Part shown: in pieces, positions 1-9,230 of the stretch | How the letters are laid out: every line of letters starts with the position of its first letter | Position numbering within the stretch: position 1 is the first letter of the stretch | From: Candidatus Saccharimonadota bacterium | GTDB lineage: Bacteria > Pseudomonadota > Gammaproteobacteria > Enterobacterales > Enterobacteriaceae | Reading direction: 5' to 3' | NCBI RefSeq assembly: GCF_964059045.1 | Contig: NZ_OZ060402.1 | Location: 300,001 to 332,000 of the forward strand | DNA: 32,000 nucleotides | Notes under the pieces: generated by a model | The model's database searches: none | What the model was told of the DNA's origin: nothing | The model's input: the letters and a program-made list of their open reading frames with translations, nothing else | Position numbers and translations under genes: made by a program

Positions 1-1
1 T

Positions 2-412
2 AATTCATTAGTATCTTATATAGGTAATCAATCTGTACCTGCAATTGGATTAGCTCTTGGTATGGAACGTTTAATGTTATTGTTTAAAAATATATATCAA
101 ACGTCATGTATAAAATCGAATTTTTCAATAGATATAAATATTCTTTTTTCTAATTATACGATTGAATCGATGCAACTAGCCGAAGAAATTAGAAATAAAT
201 TTCCAAATTTAAAAGTCATGATAAATTATTCAGGTGGATCAATTAAAAAACAATTAAAAAAAGCTAATAAATTTTTCACTTTAATTGTTTTATTTTTTTT
301 TAAAAACAAAAATCATGAATTTGTCGTATCTATGCAAAATTTAAAAAAAAATAGTGTAATATATTTGTTTAAACATGAAGTGATAGAAACATTAAGTAAA
401 ATATTTAATTAA
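2..412 (+). CDS. hisS: histidine--tRNA ligase, 3' fragment (5' end lies outside the window)
   Basis: The frame is open from the window edge (NSLVSYIGNQSVPAIGLALGMERLMLL...). It is colinear by eye with the C-terminal ~135 aa of E. coli HisS (GLAMGLERLVLL; GGGNFKKQFARADK vs SGGSIKKQLKKANK). Stop TAA at 410-412. The tracked ORF 62..412 is only the part after an internal Met. Confidence 0.85.
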   Translation, partial: NSLVSYIGNQSVPAIGLALGMERLMLLFKNIYQTSCIKSNFSIDINILFSNYTIESMQLAEEIRNKFPNLKVMINYSGGSIKKQLKKANKFFTLIVLFFFKNKNHEFVVSMQNLKKNSVIYLFKHEVIETLSKIFN

Positions 413-535
413 AATAAAATAAAAAATTATTTTTAATAATTATAAATAATTTTTTATTTAAAATATTATTGATATATTTTTATATATAATCAATATTAAT
501 TACAATGCATTTTAACTATGAGATAAATTACAATT

Positions 536-1789
536 GTGTTTAAAAATAAAAATAATATTCGTGAATATGATATTAAATTATGGAATGCTATTGAATCAGA
601 AAATAATAGACAAGAAAATCATATTGAATTAATAGCTTCAGAAAACTATGTTAGTAGAAGAATTATGGAAGCTCAAGGATCACAATTAACAAATAAATAT
701 GCTGAAGGTTATCCTGGAAAACGTTATTACAATGGTTGCCAACATGTGGATACTATTGAAAACATAGCTATTCAAAGGGCTAAGAAGTTATTTAAAGCCA
801 ATTATGCTAATGTACAACCTCATTCAGGTTCACAAGCTAATTTTGCTGTATATCATGCATTATTAAATCCAGGAGATAAAATATTAGGAATGGATTTAAC
901 ACATGGAGGACATTTAACTCATGGTGCATATGTAAATTTCTCTGGGAAAATATATTTTTCAATTGCATATGGTCTAAACAAAAATGAAGAAATTGATTAT
1001 GAAAATTTAAATGATCTTGCAGAAAAACATAAACCAAAAATAATTGTTGGAGGTTTTTCATCCTATTCTGGTATTTGTAATTGGAAATTAATGCGTAAAA
1101 TAGCAGATAATATTCAAGCGTATTTATTAGTTGACATGGCTCATATTGCTGGTTTAGTAGCAACTGATTTATATCCTAGCCCATTACCTTATGCACATGT
1201 AGTAACAACTACTACTCATAAAACTTTAGCTGGACCGAGAGGTGGTTTGATATTATCTCAAGAAAAAGATGAATCCTTGTATAAAAAAATTAATTCTTCT
1301 GTATTTCCTGGTATTCAAGGAGGTCCTTTAATGCATGTTATAGCTGCTAAAGCAATAGCTTTCAAAGAAGCTATGGAAATATCTTTCAAAGAATACCAAA
1401 AACAAATTTTAAATAATGCAAAATATATGTCAAATATTTTTATTGCTGAAGGATATCATGTAATTTCTGGTGGAACTCATAATCATTTATTTTTATTAAA
1501 TTTAGAAAATAAAAAGTTAACTGGGAAAATGGCTAGTAATTTATTAGATTTAGCCAATATTACTGTTAACAAAAATTCTATACCTTATGATAAACAAAAT
1601 CCTTTTGTAACTTCAGGTATAAGAATAGGAACTCCAGCTATTACTCGTCGTGGTTTTAAAGAAAAAGAAATAGAACAACTAACATATTGGATAATTAATA
1701 TATTAAATGATAGCAGTGATAGCAATCAAATAAAAATGATTAAAAAACAAGTTCTAAATATGTGTAGACGGTTCCCAGTCTATATATAA
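536..1789 (+). CDS. glyA: serine hydroxymethyltransferase
   Basis: 417 aa, the same length as E. coli GlyA and colinear with it. Motifs: [26 protein letters not shown], and the PLP-lysine motif [19 protein letters not shown] start at 536, with no in-frame ATG nearby. Confidence 0.95.
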   Translation: MFKNKNNIREYDIKLWNAIESENNRQENHIELIASENYVSRRIMEAQGSQLTNKYAEGYPGKRYYNGCQHVDTIENIAIQRAKKLFKANYANVQPHSGSQANFAVYHALLNPGDKILGMDLTHGGHLTHGAYVNFSGKIYFSIAYGLNKNEEIDYENLNDLAEKHKPKIIVGGFSSYSGICNWKLMRKIADNIQAYLLVDMAHIAGLVATDLYPSPLPYAHVVTTTTHKTLAGPRGGLILSQEKDESLYKKINSSVFPGIQGGPLMHVIAAKAIAFKEAMEISFKEYQKQILNNAKYMSNIFIAEGYHVISGGTHNHLFLLNLENKKLTGKMASNLLDLANITVNKNSIPYDKQNPFVTSGIRIGTPAITRRGFKEKEIEQLTYWIINILNDSSDSNQIKMIKKQVLNMCRRFPVYI

Positions 1790-1857
1790 ATTCCATTTAT
1801 AAAAAAATAGACATTTTATATTAATGAAATTGAATATTAACGAAAACAATAAATTTT

Positions 1858-1893
1858 TATTATTGTTAATAAACTTGTTTATTAACAATAATA
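1858..1893. terminator. 36-bp perfect palindrome (17-bp arms tattattgttaataaac / gtttattaacaataata around a tt centre) between convergent glyA and bioB; candidate bidirectional terminator
   Basis: Checked base by base: i pairs with 3751-i from 1858 to 1893. It lies 69 nt after the glyA stop and 149 nt after the bioB stop. The function is inferred only from position. Confidence 0.4.
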
Positions 1894-2041
1894 TTATTGA
1901 TATTTTATAACTTTAATAAATGTTAAAAATTATAACATGTACATTAAAATATAAAATTAATGTTTATTATGATTATGCAACAGTACAATATATAGATATT
2001 ATGAAAATAATTTTTTATTTCAAACATAAAAATTATTATTT

Positions 2042-3073
2042 TTATTGTGCTGCGTTATAATAATTTTTGTTTTTTATCTTAGATATATTATTAAATAGAA
2101 TAGTATTTTTTTCAATTTTTTCTTTACTTAAAATTTTTTTTTCTGGTGACAAATTTAATTTTTTAAATAATTCAAGATCATTTTTTTCTTCTGGATTGGA
2201 AGCGGTAAGTAATTTACAACCATAAAAAATAGAATTAGCTCCAGCCATAAAACACATTGCTTGTGTTTGTTGATTCATTTTTTCTCTTCCTGCAGATAAT
2301 CTAATATAAGATTTAGGCATCATAATTCTAGTTAATGCAATTATTTTAACAAAATCAAAAGGATCAACTTCATTCACATTTTCCAATGGAGTCCCTTTTA
2401 TTTTTATTAACATATTGATAGGAATGCTTTCTGGTGGTTTTTCTAAATTGGATAATGTAATTAATAATTGTAATCGATCTGTAATAGTTTCACCTAAACC
2501 AATAATACCTCCAGAACAAATTTTCATTCCACTATTGCGAATAATATTCAAAGTATTTAATCTATCTTGATAAGTTCTAGTTGTTATGATTTTTTTGTAA
2601 AATTCATTCGAAGTATCTAAATTATGATTATAAAAATCTAATCCTGCAGAATGTAATAATTTTGCTTGTGATTTTGTTAACATTCCAAGTGTCATGCAAG
2701 TTTCCATTCCTAGTTTTTTTACTTCTTTTATAATTTTTATCAAATATGGCATATCTCTATCTTTAGGATTTTTCCATGCAGCACCCATGCAAAATCTAGA
2801 AGATCCTGACAATTGAGCTTTTTTTGCAGCATTTATTATCTTGTTTATTTGCATCAAAGGTTGAATATCAATATTAGTTTTATATCGAGAACTTTGTGGA
2901 CAATATTTACAATCTTCTGGACATGCACCAGTTTTTATAGATAATAAAGTGCTAATTTGTATTTTATTAGGATTGAAATTTTCACGGTGTATCGTTTGAG
3001 CTTGAAACATTAATTCAAAAAATGGTTTTTTTATTAACAGCATGACCTGATCATAATTCCAAGATGTTTTCAT
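2042..3073 (-). CDS. bioB: biotin synthase (radical SAM)
   Basis: 343 aa, colinear with E. coli BioB (346 aa). Motifs: CxxxCxxC cluster motif [53 protein letters not shown] Shine-Dalgarno lies ~10 nt upstream of the ATG. Confidence 0.95.
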   Translation of the reverse strand: MKTSWNYDQVMLLIKKPFFELMFQAQTIHRENFNPNKIQISTLLSIKTGACPEDCKYCPQSSRYKTNIDIQPLMQINKIINAAKKAQLSGSSRFCMGAAWKNPKDRDMPYLIKIIKEVKKLGMETCMTLGMLTKSQAKLLHSAGLDFYNHNLDTSNEFYKKIITTRTYQDRLNTLNIIRNSGMKICSGGIIGLGETITDRLQLLITLSNLEKPPESIPINMLIKIKGTPLENVNEVDPFDFVKIIALTRIMMPKSYIRLSAGREKMNQQTQAMCFMAGANSIFYGCKLLTASNPEEKNDLELFKKLNLSPEKKILSKEKIEKNTILFNNISKIKNKNYYNAAQ

Positions 3074-3437
3074 AATTTAATCTCCAAAAAAATCATGTAT
3101 ATTAATATATAGATGAATAATTATATAATAGATATTAATTTATATTAACTAAGTATATTTTAATAATTATTTTTAAAATATAATTATTAATATAATCAAA
3201 ATGATTTTTTTATTGTTACATAAAACCAATCAATATTTTTATTATTTAAATAAAAAATTGATAAATTTATGTAAAATTTTATCTGATGATATTTTAAAAA
3301 AAATTAATAAAAAATATTTTTTAATTCATTTTTAAAAATATTTTTATGATTCATTAATTTAATTTACATAATAATTATTATTTATCTCAATGAAAAAATA
3401 ATCAAATTAAAATATTAATCGATAATATTTTATATAC

Positions 3438-4430
3438 TTATTTTTTAATTGATATCCATAAAGGATTTTTTCCTACTGGATAACGTTGAATAAGTTTTAA
3501 AAAACCTGTCTTTAAATTGATACAATAAATACTAATAAAATTAGATTTTTCTCCTGCTACAATTAAATATTTTCCATACATATCAATATCAAACGATCTA
3601 GGTTGTAATTCTGTATTAATATTTTGTATTAGCATTAAAAAACCGTTGGATAAATTAATTTTAAAAACAAAAAGCATACTAGTATTTCTATCTGTAGCAT
3701 ATAAATATTTTCCAGTTGGTGATATTCGAATTTCTGATGACCATGGAACTCCATTAAAATTTTTAGGAATAAAAATGATATTTTGAATATGTTTAATAGA
3801 ATTATTGATATGATCAATATGCCATGCATCAATCGTACCGTTTAATTCATTAATATGGTATAAATTTTTTTTATTTGGATGACATACAATATGTCTTGGT
3901 CCGGATTTTTTATTAGTATTTACATATTGTTGATTATTGTTGATACATATTGTCTGTTTATAAAAATTATATAAATAAATTTTATCTTTTTTTAAAGCAG
4001 AAACAAATAAAAATTTTTGACTGTAGTCGATAACGCAAGAATGACATCCATCTAAATTATAGATATTTTTAATTATTTTTTTTGGATATCCTAATTTATT
4101 TAATAAAATTACAGTTAGTAATCCAGAATGGTAAGAACTATAAATCAATAATTGTTTGTTTTTGTGAATAGCAAGATAATTAATTGCATCATTAATTTTA
4201 AAACAAAATATTTCTTTAATCATTCCTGATTCTAAAATTTGATAACAAATAATTTTATTTTCTGGACGTATACCTACATAAAGTATATTTTTTTCTTTAA
4301 ATATTTTTATAGGTTGAGCTTGACCATTAATCGGAATTATTTGTATTAATTTTAATATTCCATTTTCATTTAGCTGCCATACTTCAATTTGATTACTACC
4401 TGTAGTAGAAATATAAACATATTGATACAT
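3438..4430 (-). CDS. pgl: 6-phosphogluconolactonase (YbhE family beta-propeller)
   Basis: 330 aa versus 331 aa for E. coli Pgl, colinear over the whole length. Examples: GPRHIVCHPN vs GPRHMVFHPN; QPRSFDIDMYGKYLIVAGEKS vs [27 protein letters not shown] SD precedes the ATG. Confidence 0.9.
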   Translation of the reverse strand: MYQYVYISTTGSNQIEVWQLNENGILKLIQIIPINGQAQPIKIFKEKNILYVGIRPENKIICYQILESGMIKEIFCFKINDAINYLAIHKNKQLLIYSSYHSGLLTVILLNKLGYPKKIIKNIYNLDGCHSCVIDYSQKFLFVSALKKDKIYLYNFYKQTICINNNQQYVNTNKKSGPRHIVCHPNKKNLYHINELNGTIDAWHIDHINNSIKHIQNIIFIPKNFNGVPWSSEIRISPTGKYLYATDRNTSMLFVFKINLSNGFLMLIQNINTELQPRSFDIDMYGKYLIVAGEKSNFISIYCINLKTGFLKLIQRYPVGKNPLWISIKK

Positions 4431-4513
4431 ATTGTTTCCATTAAAAATATAAATAAATATTTTTGTTTTTGATTAATAATGTGAAATTAAATTATTTTCA
4501 TGTTGTATATATT

Positions 4514-4539
4514 ATCAATGATTATATATAATCATTGAT
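4514..4539. repeat. 26-bp perfect palindrome atcaatgattatatataatcattgat
   Basis: All 13 nested pairs were checked, including C-G and G-C pairs. It sits in the mfd-pgl spacer, 84 nt upstream of the pgl ATG on the minus strand. Function unknown. Confidence 0.85.
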
Positions 4540-4644
4540 TTAAAATATTTTGTTTTTTATTAAAATAATTATTTGTTCTAATAAAAAAATTTATTTATTA
4601 ATTAAACATTTTATATTAATTTTATATTAAAAAATAAAATTTTT

Positions 4645-4689
4645 AATTAAATATTGATTTAATTGTTTCAATTTAATCAATATTTAATT
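4645..4689. repeat. 45-nt hairpin: 15 bp + T.T mismatch + 5 bp, 3-nt loop
   Basis: aattaaatattgatt (4645-4659) pairs with aatcaatatttaatt (4675-4689). The inner aattg pairs with caatt, with loop ttt. It lies in the mfd-pgl spacer. Confidence 0.8.
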
Positions 4690-4836
4690 TTTAGGTTTAA
4701 GAATATATTATTCATTTAATATTCTAAATATTGATATTTAATCAATATCAAATTTTTATACGATTATAAAAATTTATTATTATGAAATTAATAATATCAA
4801 ATTTAATAATATTAATTTATAAAAGTGATTTAATTT

Positions 4837-4882
4837 AACAATATTCATAAAAATATATGTATATATTTTTATGAATATTGTT
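4837..4882. terminator. 46-nt perfect hairpin (22-bp arms, gt centre) 21 nt downstream of the mfd stop codon
   Basis: i pairs with 9719-i for 4837-4858 against 4861-4882, checked base by base. The T run 4881-4887 follows the stem on the plus strand. On the minus (mfd) strand the stem is followed by A-rich sequence, so its role as the mfd terminator is uncertain. Confidence 0.45.
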
Positions 4883-4903
4883 TTTTTATATAAAAATATT
4901 TTT

Positions 4904-7297
4904 TTAATTTTTATTATCAAATATTCTATTTTTATATAGTAATTTAATAAAATTTAAAATCCATTTTAATATATCTTGATTATTAAATAAATTATGAATA
5001 AATTTTAATTTATTAGAACTAATGATATTCCATTGATTAGGTTCTAATTTTATTTTTTCAACTAACCAATTAAAATTAATATCATGATTATGATGAAATA
5101 TTATAAATCCTTCTTTTTTTCTAGAATAAATTTTTTTAATGCCTATATTATTGGATAAAATACGAATAACAGTAATAGTAATTAAATTTTTTACAGGTTC
5201 TGTCATAATTCCAAAATGATAAATTAATTCATTTTTAATATTGTTTATATCGTTTTTAGAATGACAATTTGAAATTTTTTTATAAAAGTTAATACGAGTA
5301 TTAACATCAGAAATATAAGTTTCTGGTAATAAAGCAGGAATATTAATTTCTATTTCTGTATTATGTACATTGATTTTTTGAGCATATTGCTTGCCCCACT
5401 TTTTATACATACTTATAGTATTTTGTAACATTTCTTTATAAAGAACAACACCAATTTTACTCATATGACCGCTTTGGTCATGACCAATGATTTCTCCCAT
5501 TCCTCTAATTTCTAAATCTTGATTAGATAAAATAAATCCATCACCAATGTTTTGACAAGAATAAATAGAATCAAGTCTTTTTTTTGCATTATCATTAATA
5601 TTTTTATAGTTTTTTATTAATAATAATACATATGCTTGTTGATGAGAACGACCAATTCTTCCTCTTAATTGATGTAATTGTGCTAATCCAAATTGCTCAG
5701 CTTTTTCAATAATCATGGTATTGGCATATGGTATATCAATTCCAGTTTCAATAATTGTTGTACACAGTAAAATATTAAATTTTTGATTATAAAAATCATG
5801 CATTATTTTTTTTAAATTTGTGCTATTCATTTTACCATGTCCAATTTTTATTTTTGCTTCTGGTATTAATTTATTTAACTGTATAGCTTTTTTTTCAATA
5901 TTTTGAATAGAATTATAAATATAATAAATTTGACCTCCTCTAAGTAATTCTTTAAGAATAGTTTTTCGAATTAGATTTATATCATATTCTATAATTATTG
6001 TTTTAATTGCTAGTCTTTTTTCTGGGGGGGTTGTTATAATTGATAAATCTCTAATACCATGCATAGCCATATTTAATGTACGTGGAATAGGAGTAGCTGT
6101 TAAAGTTAATATATCAATATTAGTAAATAATGATTTTATTTTTTCTTTATGTATCACACCAAATTTATGTTCTTCATCGATAATCAGTAATCCTAAATTA
6201 AACCATTGTATATTTTTTAATAACATTTGATGAGTTCCAATTAAAATATTTAATTTTCCTTCTTTAGCTTCATTAATAGATAATGATATTTCTTTTGGTT
6301 TACATAATCTCGATAACATTTTTATTCTTACTGAACAATGAGAAAAACGATCAACAAAATTATTGTAATGTTGTTGTACTAATAGTGTAGTTGGTACTAA
6401 AATAGCTACTTGTTTTTTATTGACTGTTGCTATAAATGATGCTCTCATAGCTATTTCTGTTTTTCCAAAACCAACATCTCCACAAATTAAACGATCCATA
6501 GGTATTGGTTTTTCCATATCATTCAATACTTCATTAATTGCTTTATCTTGATCTATTGTTAGAACAAAAGGAAATTTTTTACAAAAATTGTTATATTTTT
6601 TGGATTTTAAATTAAAAGAAAAACCTAATTTAGTAGCTCTTTTGGCATAAATATCTAATAATAATGCTGTAGAATCATATATTTTTTTTTCAATTTTTTT
6701 TCTTTCCCTGATCCATTGATCATTGCCTAATTTATTTAGTAAAATATTTTCATTAGATGTATTACTATAATGATTAATTAAATTTAAAGAAGTAATAGGA
6801 ACATATAATTTAGCTTTTTCTGCATATTCAATAATACAATATTCATTATTAATTCCATTATTTTCCAACATTATTAAACCTTTATATCGACCAATTCCAT
6901 GTTTAAAATGAACAACTAATTGATTAAGATTTAATTGAAATTGATGATTTAATTCTTTACCTTGGTTTTTTTTATGATATTGATAAAAAGGTGAACAGAT
7001 GAGTTGGTTGTTTAAAATATCTTTAACACAAAGACAAGCAATATTATTTTTTTGATCAATAAATCCATATTTTTTTTCTTTAAAAATAAAAAAATATTTT
7101 TCTGATTTATTTATATCTAAAAATTGTTTGATATTAAATTCATATATTTGTTTTGGTAAAATTTTAAAGTAAGATATTATATTTAATAAATGATAATAAT
7201 TTTTTTTACTTTCAACAAAAAATATAATTTTCCCCCGGAATACATTTAAAAATAATTCAAAATTTTTTATATTTTTTTCTTGTGATGAACATATCAT
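4904..7297 (-). CDS. mfd: transcription-repair coupling factor, N-terminally truncated form (797 aa vs 1148 aa in E. coli)
   Basis: The alignment starts at about E. coli residue 345 (FLETFDGPVVFSVESEGRREALGELLARIKI vs FLNVFRGKIIFFVESKKNYYHLLNIISYFKI). Retained elements: the RNAP-interaction region (VVHFKHGIGRYKGL), Walker A GDVGFGKTE, DEEH, TATPIPRTL, QLRGRIGRS, and the C-terminal domain. No SD is visible at the ATG, so the exact start is less certain. Confidence 0.9.
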   Translation of the reverse strand: MICSSQEKNIKNFELFLNVFRGKIIFFVESKKNYYHLLNIISYFKILPKQIYEFNIKQFLDINKSEKYFFIFKEKKYGFIDQKNNIACLCVKDILNNQLICSPFYQYHKKNQGKELNHQFQLNLNQLVVHFKHGIGRYKGLIMLENNGINNEYCIIEYAEKAKLYVPITSLNLINHYSNTSNENILLNKLGNDQWIRERKKIEKKIYDSTALLLDIYAKRATKLGFSFNLKSKKYNNFCKKFPFVLTIDQDKAINEVLNDMEKPIPMDRLICGDVGFGKTEIAMRASFIATVNKKQVAILVPTTLLVQQHYNNFVDRFSHCSVRIKMLSRLCKPKEISLSINEAKEGKLNILIGTHQMLLKNIQWFNLGLLIIDEEHKFGVIHKEKIKSLFTNIDILTLTATPIPRTLNMAMHGIRDLSIITTPPEKRLAIKTIIIEYDINLIRKTILKELLRGGQIYYIYNSIQNIEKKAIQLNKLIPEAKIKIGHGKMNSTNLKKIMHDFYNQKFNILLCTTIIETGIDIPYANTMIIEKAEQFGLAQLHQLRGRIGRSHQQAYVLLLIKNYKNINDNAKKRLDSIYSCQNIGDGFILSNQDLEIRGMGEIIGHDQSGHMSKIGVVLYKEMLQNTISMYKKWGKQYAQKINVHNTEIEINIPALLPETYISDVNTRINFYKKISNCHSKNDINNIKNELIYHFGIMTEPVKNLITITVIRILSNNIGIKKIYSRKKEGFIIFHHNHDINFNWLVEKIKLEPNQWNIISSNKLKFIHNLFNNQDILKWILNFIKLLYKNRIFDNKN

Positions 7298-7637
7298 ATT
7301 GAATAATAATTATAGTTAGAATGAATTTAATTGTTTTAAAAATTATATATCAATTTAATAATTAATATTAATATTTTAAACAAATATTTATTATAAAAAA
7401 ATTATTTATTTTTAATTTTTTATAAAATTTTCAATCAAATATAATGCAATTATATATTAATAATAACAATTCATTGTATATATTTAAATGAAATTAAAAA
7501 TTTTAAGTAGATTTTTAATTTCAAAAATCTTATTAATTTTTTAAAATTTATTAAAATAATTTTATTTTTATTTTGATATTATTAAATATTTATTAAACAT
7601 TCAAAATATATTATCTTTTAAACATAAACTAAATAAA

Positions 7638-7684
7638 TTAACAATCTAAAAATATTATTTTTAATAATATTTTTAGATTGTTAA
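7638..7684. repeat. 47-nt perfect hairpin (22-bp arms ttaacaatctaaaaatattatt / aataatatttttagattgttaa, loop ttt)
   Basis: The reverse complement of the left arm equals the right arm exactly. It lies in the middle of the 913-bp gene-free mfd-gapA spacer. Confidence 0.85.
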
Positions 7685-8225
7685 AAATAAAAAATCATTC
7701 AAAATATAAATATATATAAATTTATTATTGATATGGATTAAATTTTAAAATTTTCATTATTTTCTATAAAAATATCAAAAAAATTAACATTAATACATGT
7801 TAATGAAGTGATCAAAAAATTATTTAAATATAAGAATATTTTATTTTAATTAATTTTTATTATTTTTAAAATAATACACAATAATTATCGTAATACATTG
7901 ATTTTTGATAAAAACATTTTATTTAAATTGTAAATTAATATAATAGTTATTATTTTATTAATATTTTATTAATTTAATTTATTAATTAATATCAATAATT
8001 TTGAAACAATTACACATATTTTATCAATTGATTTAAAATTTTTTAAGCTTTTTTAAAAAAAATATAAATTATATTTTTTAAAAAAATATTGTATAATTTA
8101 ATAATAAAGTCATTTTTATAAAATAATTTTTAATCATTTTAAAATTTTTATAGTATATATATACTATATATCTATAATTTTTAAAAATATAATCAATTTT
8201 TTAATTTAATATGATGGTGATATTT

Positions 8226-9230
8226 ATGACTATTAAAGTAGGAATTAATGGTTTTGGTCGCATTGGTCGTATTGTTTTTAGATTAGCACAATATCGTTCC
8301 GATATTCAAATTTTAGCAATTAATGATTTAATTGATCCAGACTATATATTATATATGTTAAAATATGATTCTACACATGGAACATTTAATGAAAAAATTA
8401 CCATAGATAAAAACAATTTAGTTATCAATGGTAAAAAAATTAGAATATCTTCTGAAAAAGACCCATCACGGTTACATTGGAAAGATTTAGATATTGATGT
8501 TGTTATAGAATCAACGGGTCTATTTTTAACTTCTGAATCTGCTTATAAACATATTTTAGCAGGAGCTAAAAAAGTGGTTATGACTGGTCCTTCACAAGAT
8601 AATACTCCGATGTTTGTTAAAGGAGTTAATTTTGATTCATATAAAGGACAAAAAATTGTTTCTAATGCATCGTGTACTACTAATTGTTTAGCACCATTAG
8701 CTAAAATCATACATAATAATTTTCAAATTATAGAAGGTTTGATGACTACCGTACATGCTACTACAGCTACACAAAAAACAGTAGATGGTCCTTCAGCTAA
8801 AGATTGGAGAGGTGGTAGAGGTATTTTACAAAATATTATTCCATCTTCTACAGGTGCAGCAAAAGCAGTAGGTAAAGTTATACCAGAATTGGAAGGTAAA
8901 TTAACAGGAATTGCTTTCCGTATTCCAGTTTCTAACGTATCTGTTGTAGATTTAACAGTTAGAATTAAAAAATCGGTTATATATGCAGATTTATGTAATA
9001 TCATTAAACAAGCATCATTAACAGAAATGAAAGGTGTGTTAGGATATGTTGATGAAGAAGTTGTTTCAAGTGATTTTAATTCATGTGAATTCACATCTAT
9101 ATTTGATTCTAAAGCAAGCATAGTTTTAAATAAAAACTTTTTAAAATTAATATCATGGTATGATAATGAAACTGCTTATTCTAGTAAAGTGCTCGATTTA
9201 GTTTCCTTAATTCATTCAATTAAAAAATAA
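8226..9230 (+). CDS. gapA: glyceraldehyde-3-phosphate dehydrogenase A
   Basis: [19 protein letters not shown] is identical to the E. coli GapA N-terminus. Other motifs: catalytic [12 protein letters not shown] and [10 protein letters not shown] place the start at ATG 8226 because GGTGA lies 7 nt upstream. The tracked ORF start at 8211 adds 5 unconserved codons. Confidence 0.95.
   Translation: MTIKVGINGFGRIGRIVFRLAQYRSDIQILAINDLIDPDYILYMLKYDSTHGTFNEKITIDKNNLVINGKKIRISSEKDPSRLHWKDLDIDVVIESTGLFLTSESAYKHILAGAKKVVMTGPSQDNTPMFVKGVNFDSYKGQKIVSNASCTTNCLAPLAKIIHNNFQIIEGLMTTVHATTATQKTVDGPSAKDWRGGRGILQNIIPSSTGAAKAVGKVIPELEGKLTGIAFRIPVSNVSVVDLTVRIKKSVIYADLCNIIKQASLTEMKGVLGYVDEEVVSSDFNSCEFTSIFDSKASIVLNKNFLKLISWYDNETAYSSKVLDLVSLIHSIKK

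Noticed and set aside
837-1163. 108-aa ORF antisense to glyA
   Set aside because: It is a shadow ORF inside a conserved CDS, with no SD and no recognisable motif.
8057-8168. A/T-only palindromes upstream of gapA (8057-8079 aaaaaatataaattatatttttt; 8149-8168 tatagtatatatatactata) and a TGTATAAT -10-like word at 8090-8097
   Set aside because: Such words occur constantly in this composition. I cannot distinguish a real promoter or operator from background without transcription-start data, so no promoter is called.
8211-8225. In-frame N-terminal extensions with upstream ATG/TTG for gapA (8211), gpmA (17227), pfkA (18190) and serC (26481), all looking like ATG..SD..TTTAT(T)ATG
   Set aside because: The conserved protein N-termini begin at the downstream ATG, and the SD-like GGTGA/GGTGG/AAGAGGA lies inside the extension at proper spacing. 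The upstream starts are most likely incidental. The shared look reflects SD plus A/T-rich spacing, not a common uORF.
8723-9121. 132-aa ORF on the minus strand inside gapA
   Set aside because: It lies entirely antisense to a near-perfectly conserved gapA segment. Its low-complexity product (runs of T/S/V/I) has no recognisable family. It is a shadow ORF created by the codon bias of the sense gene.
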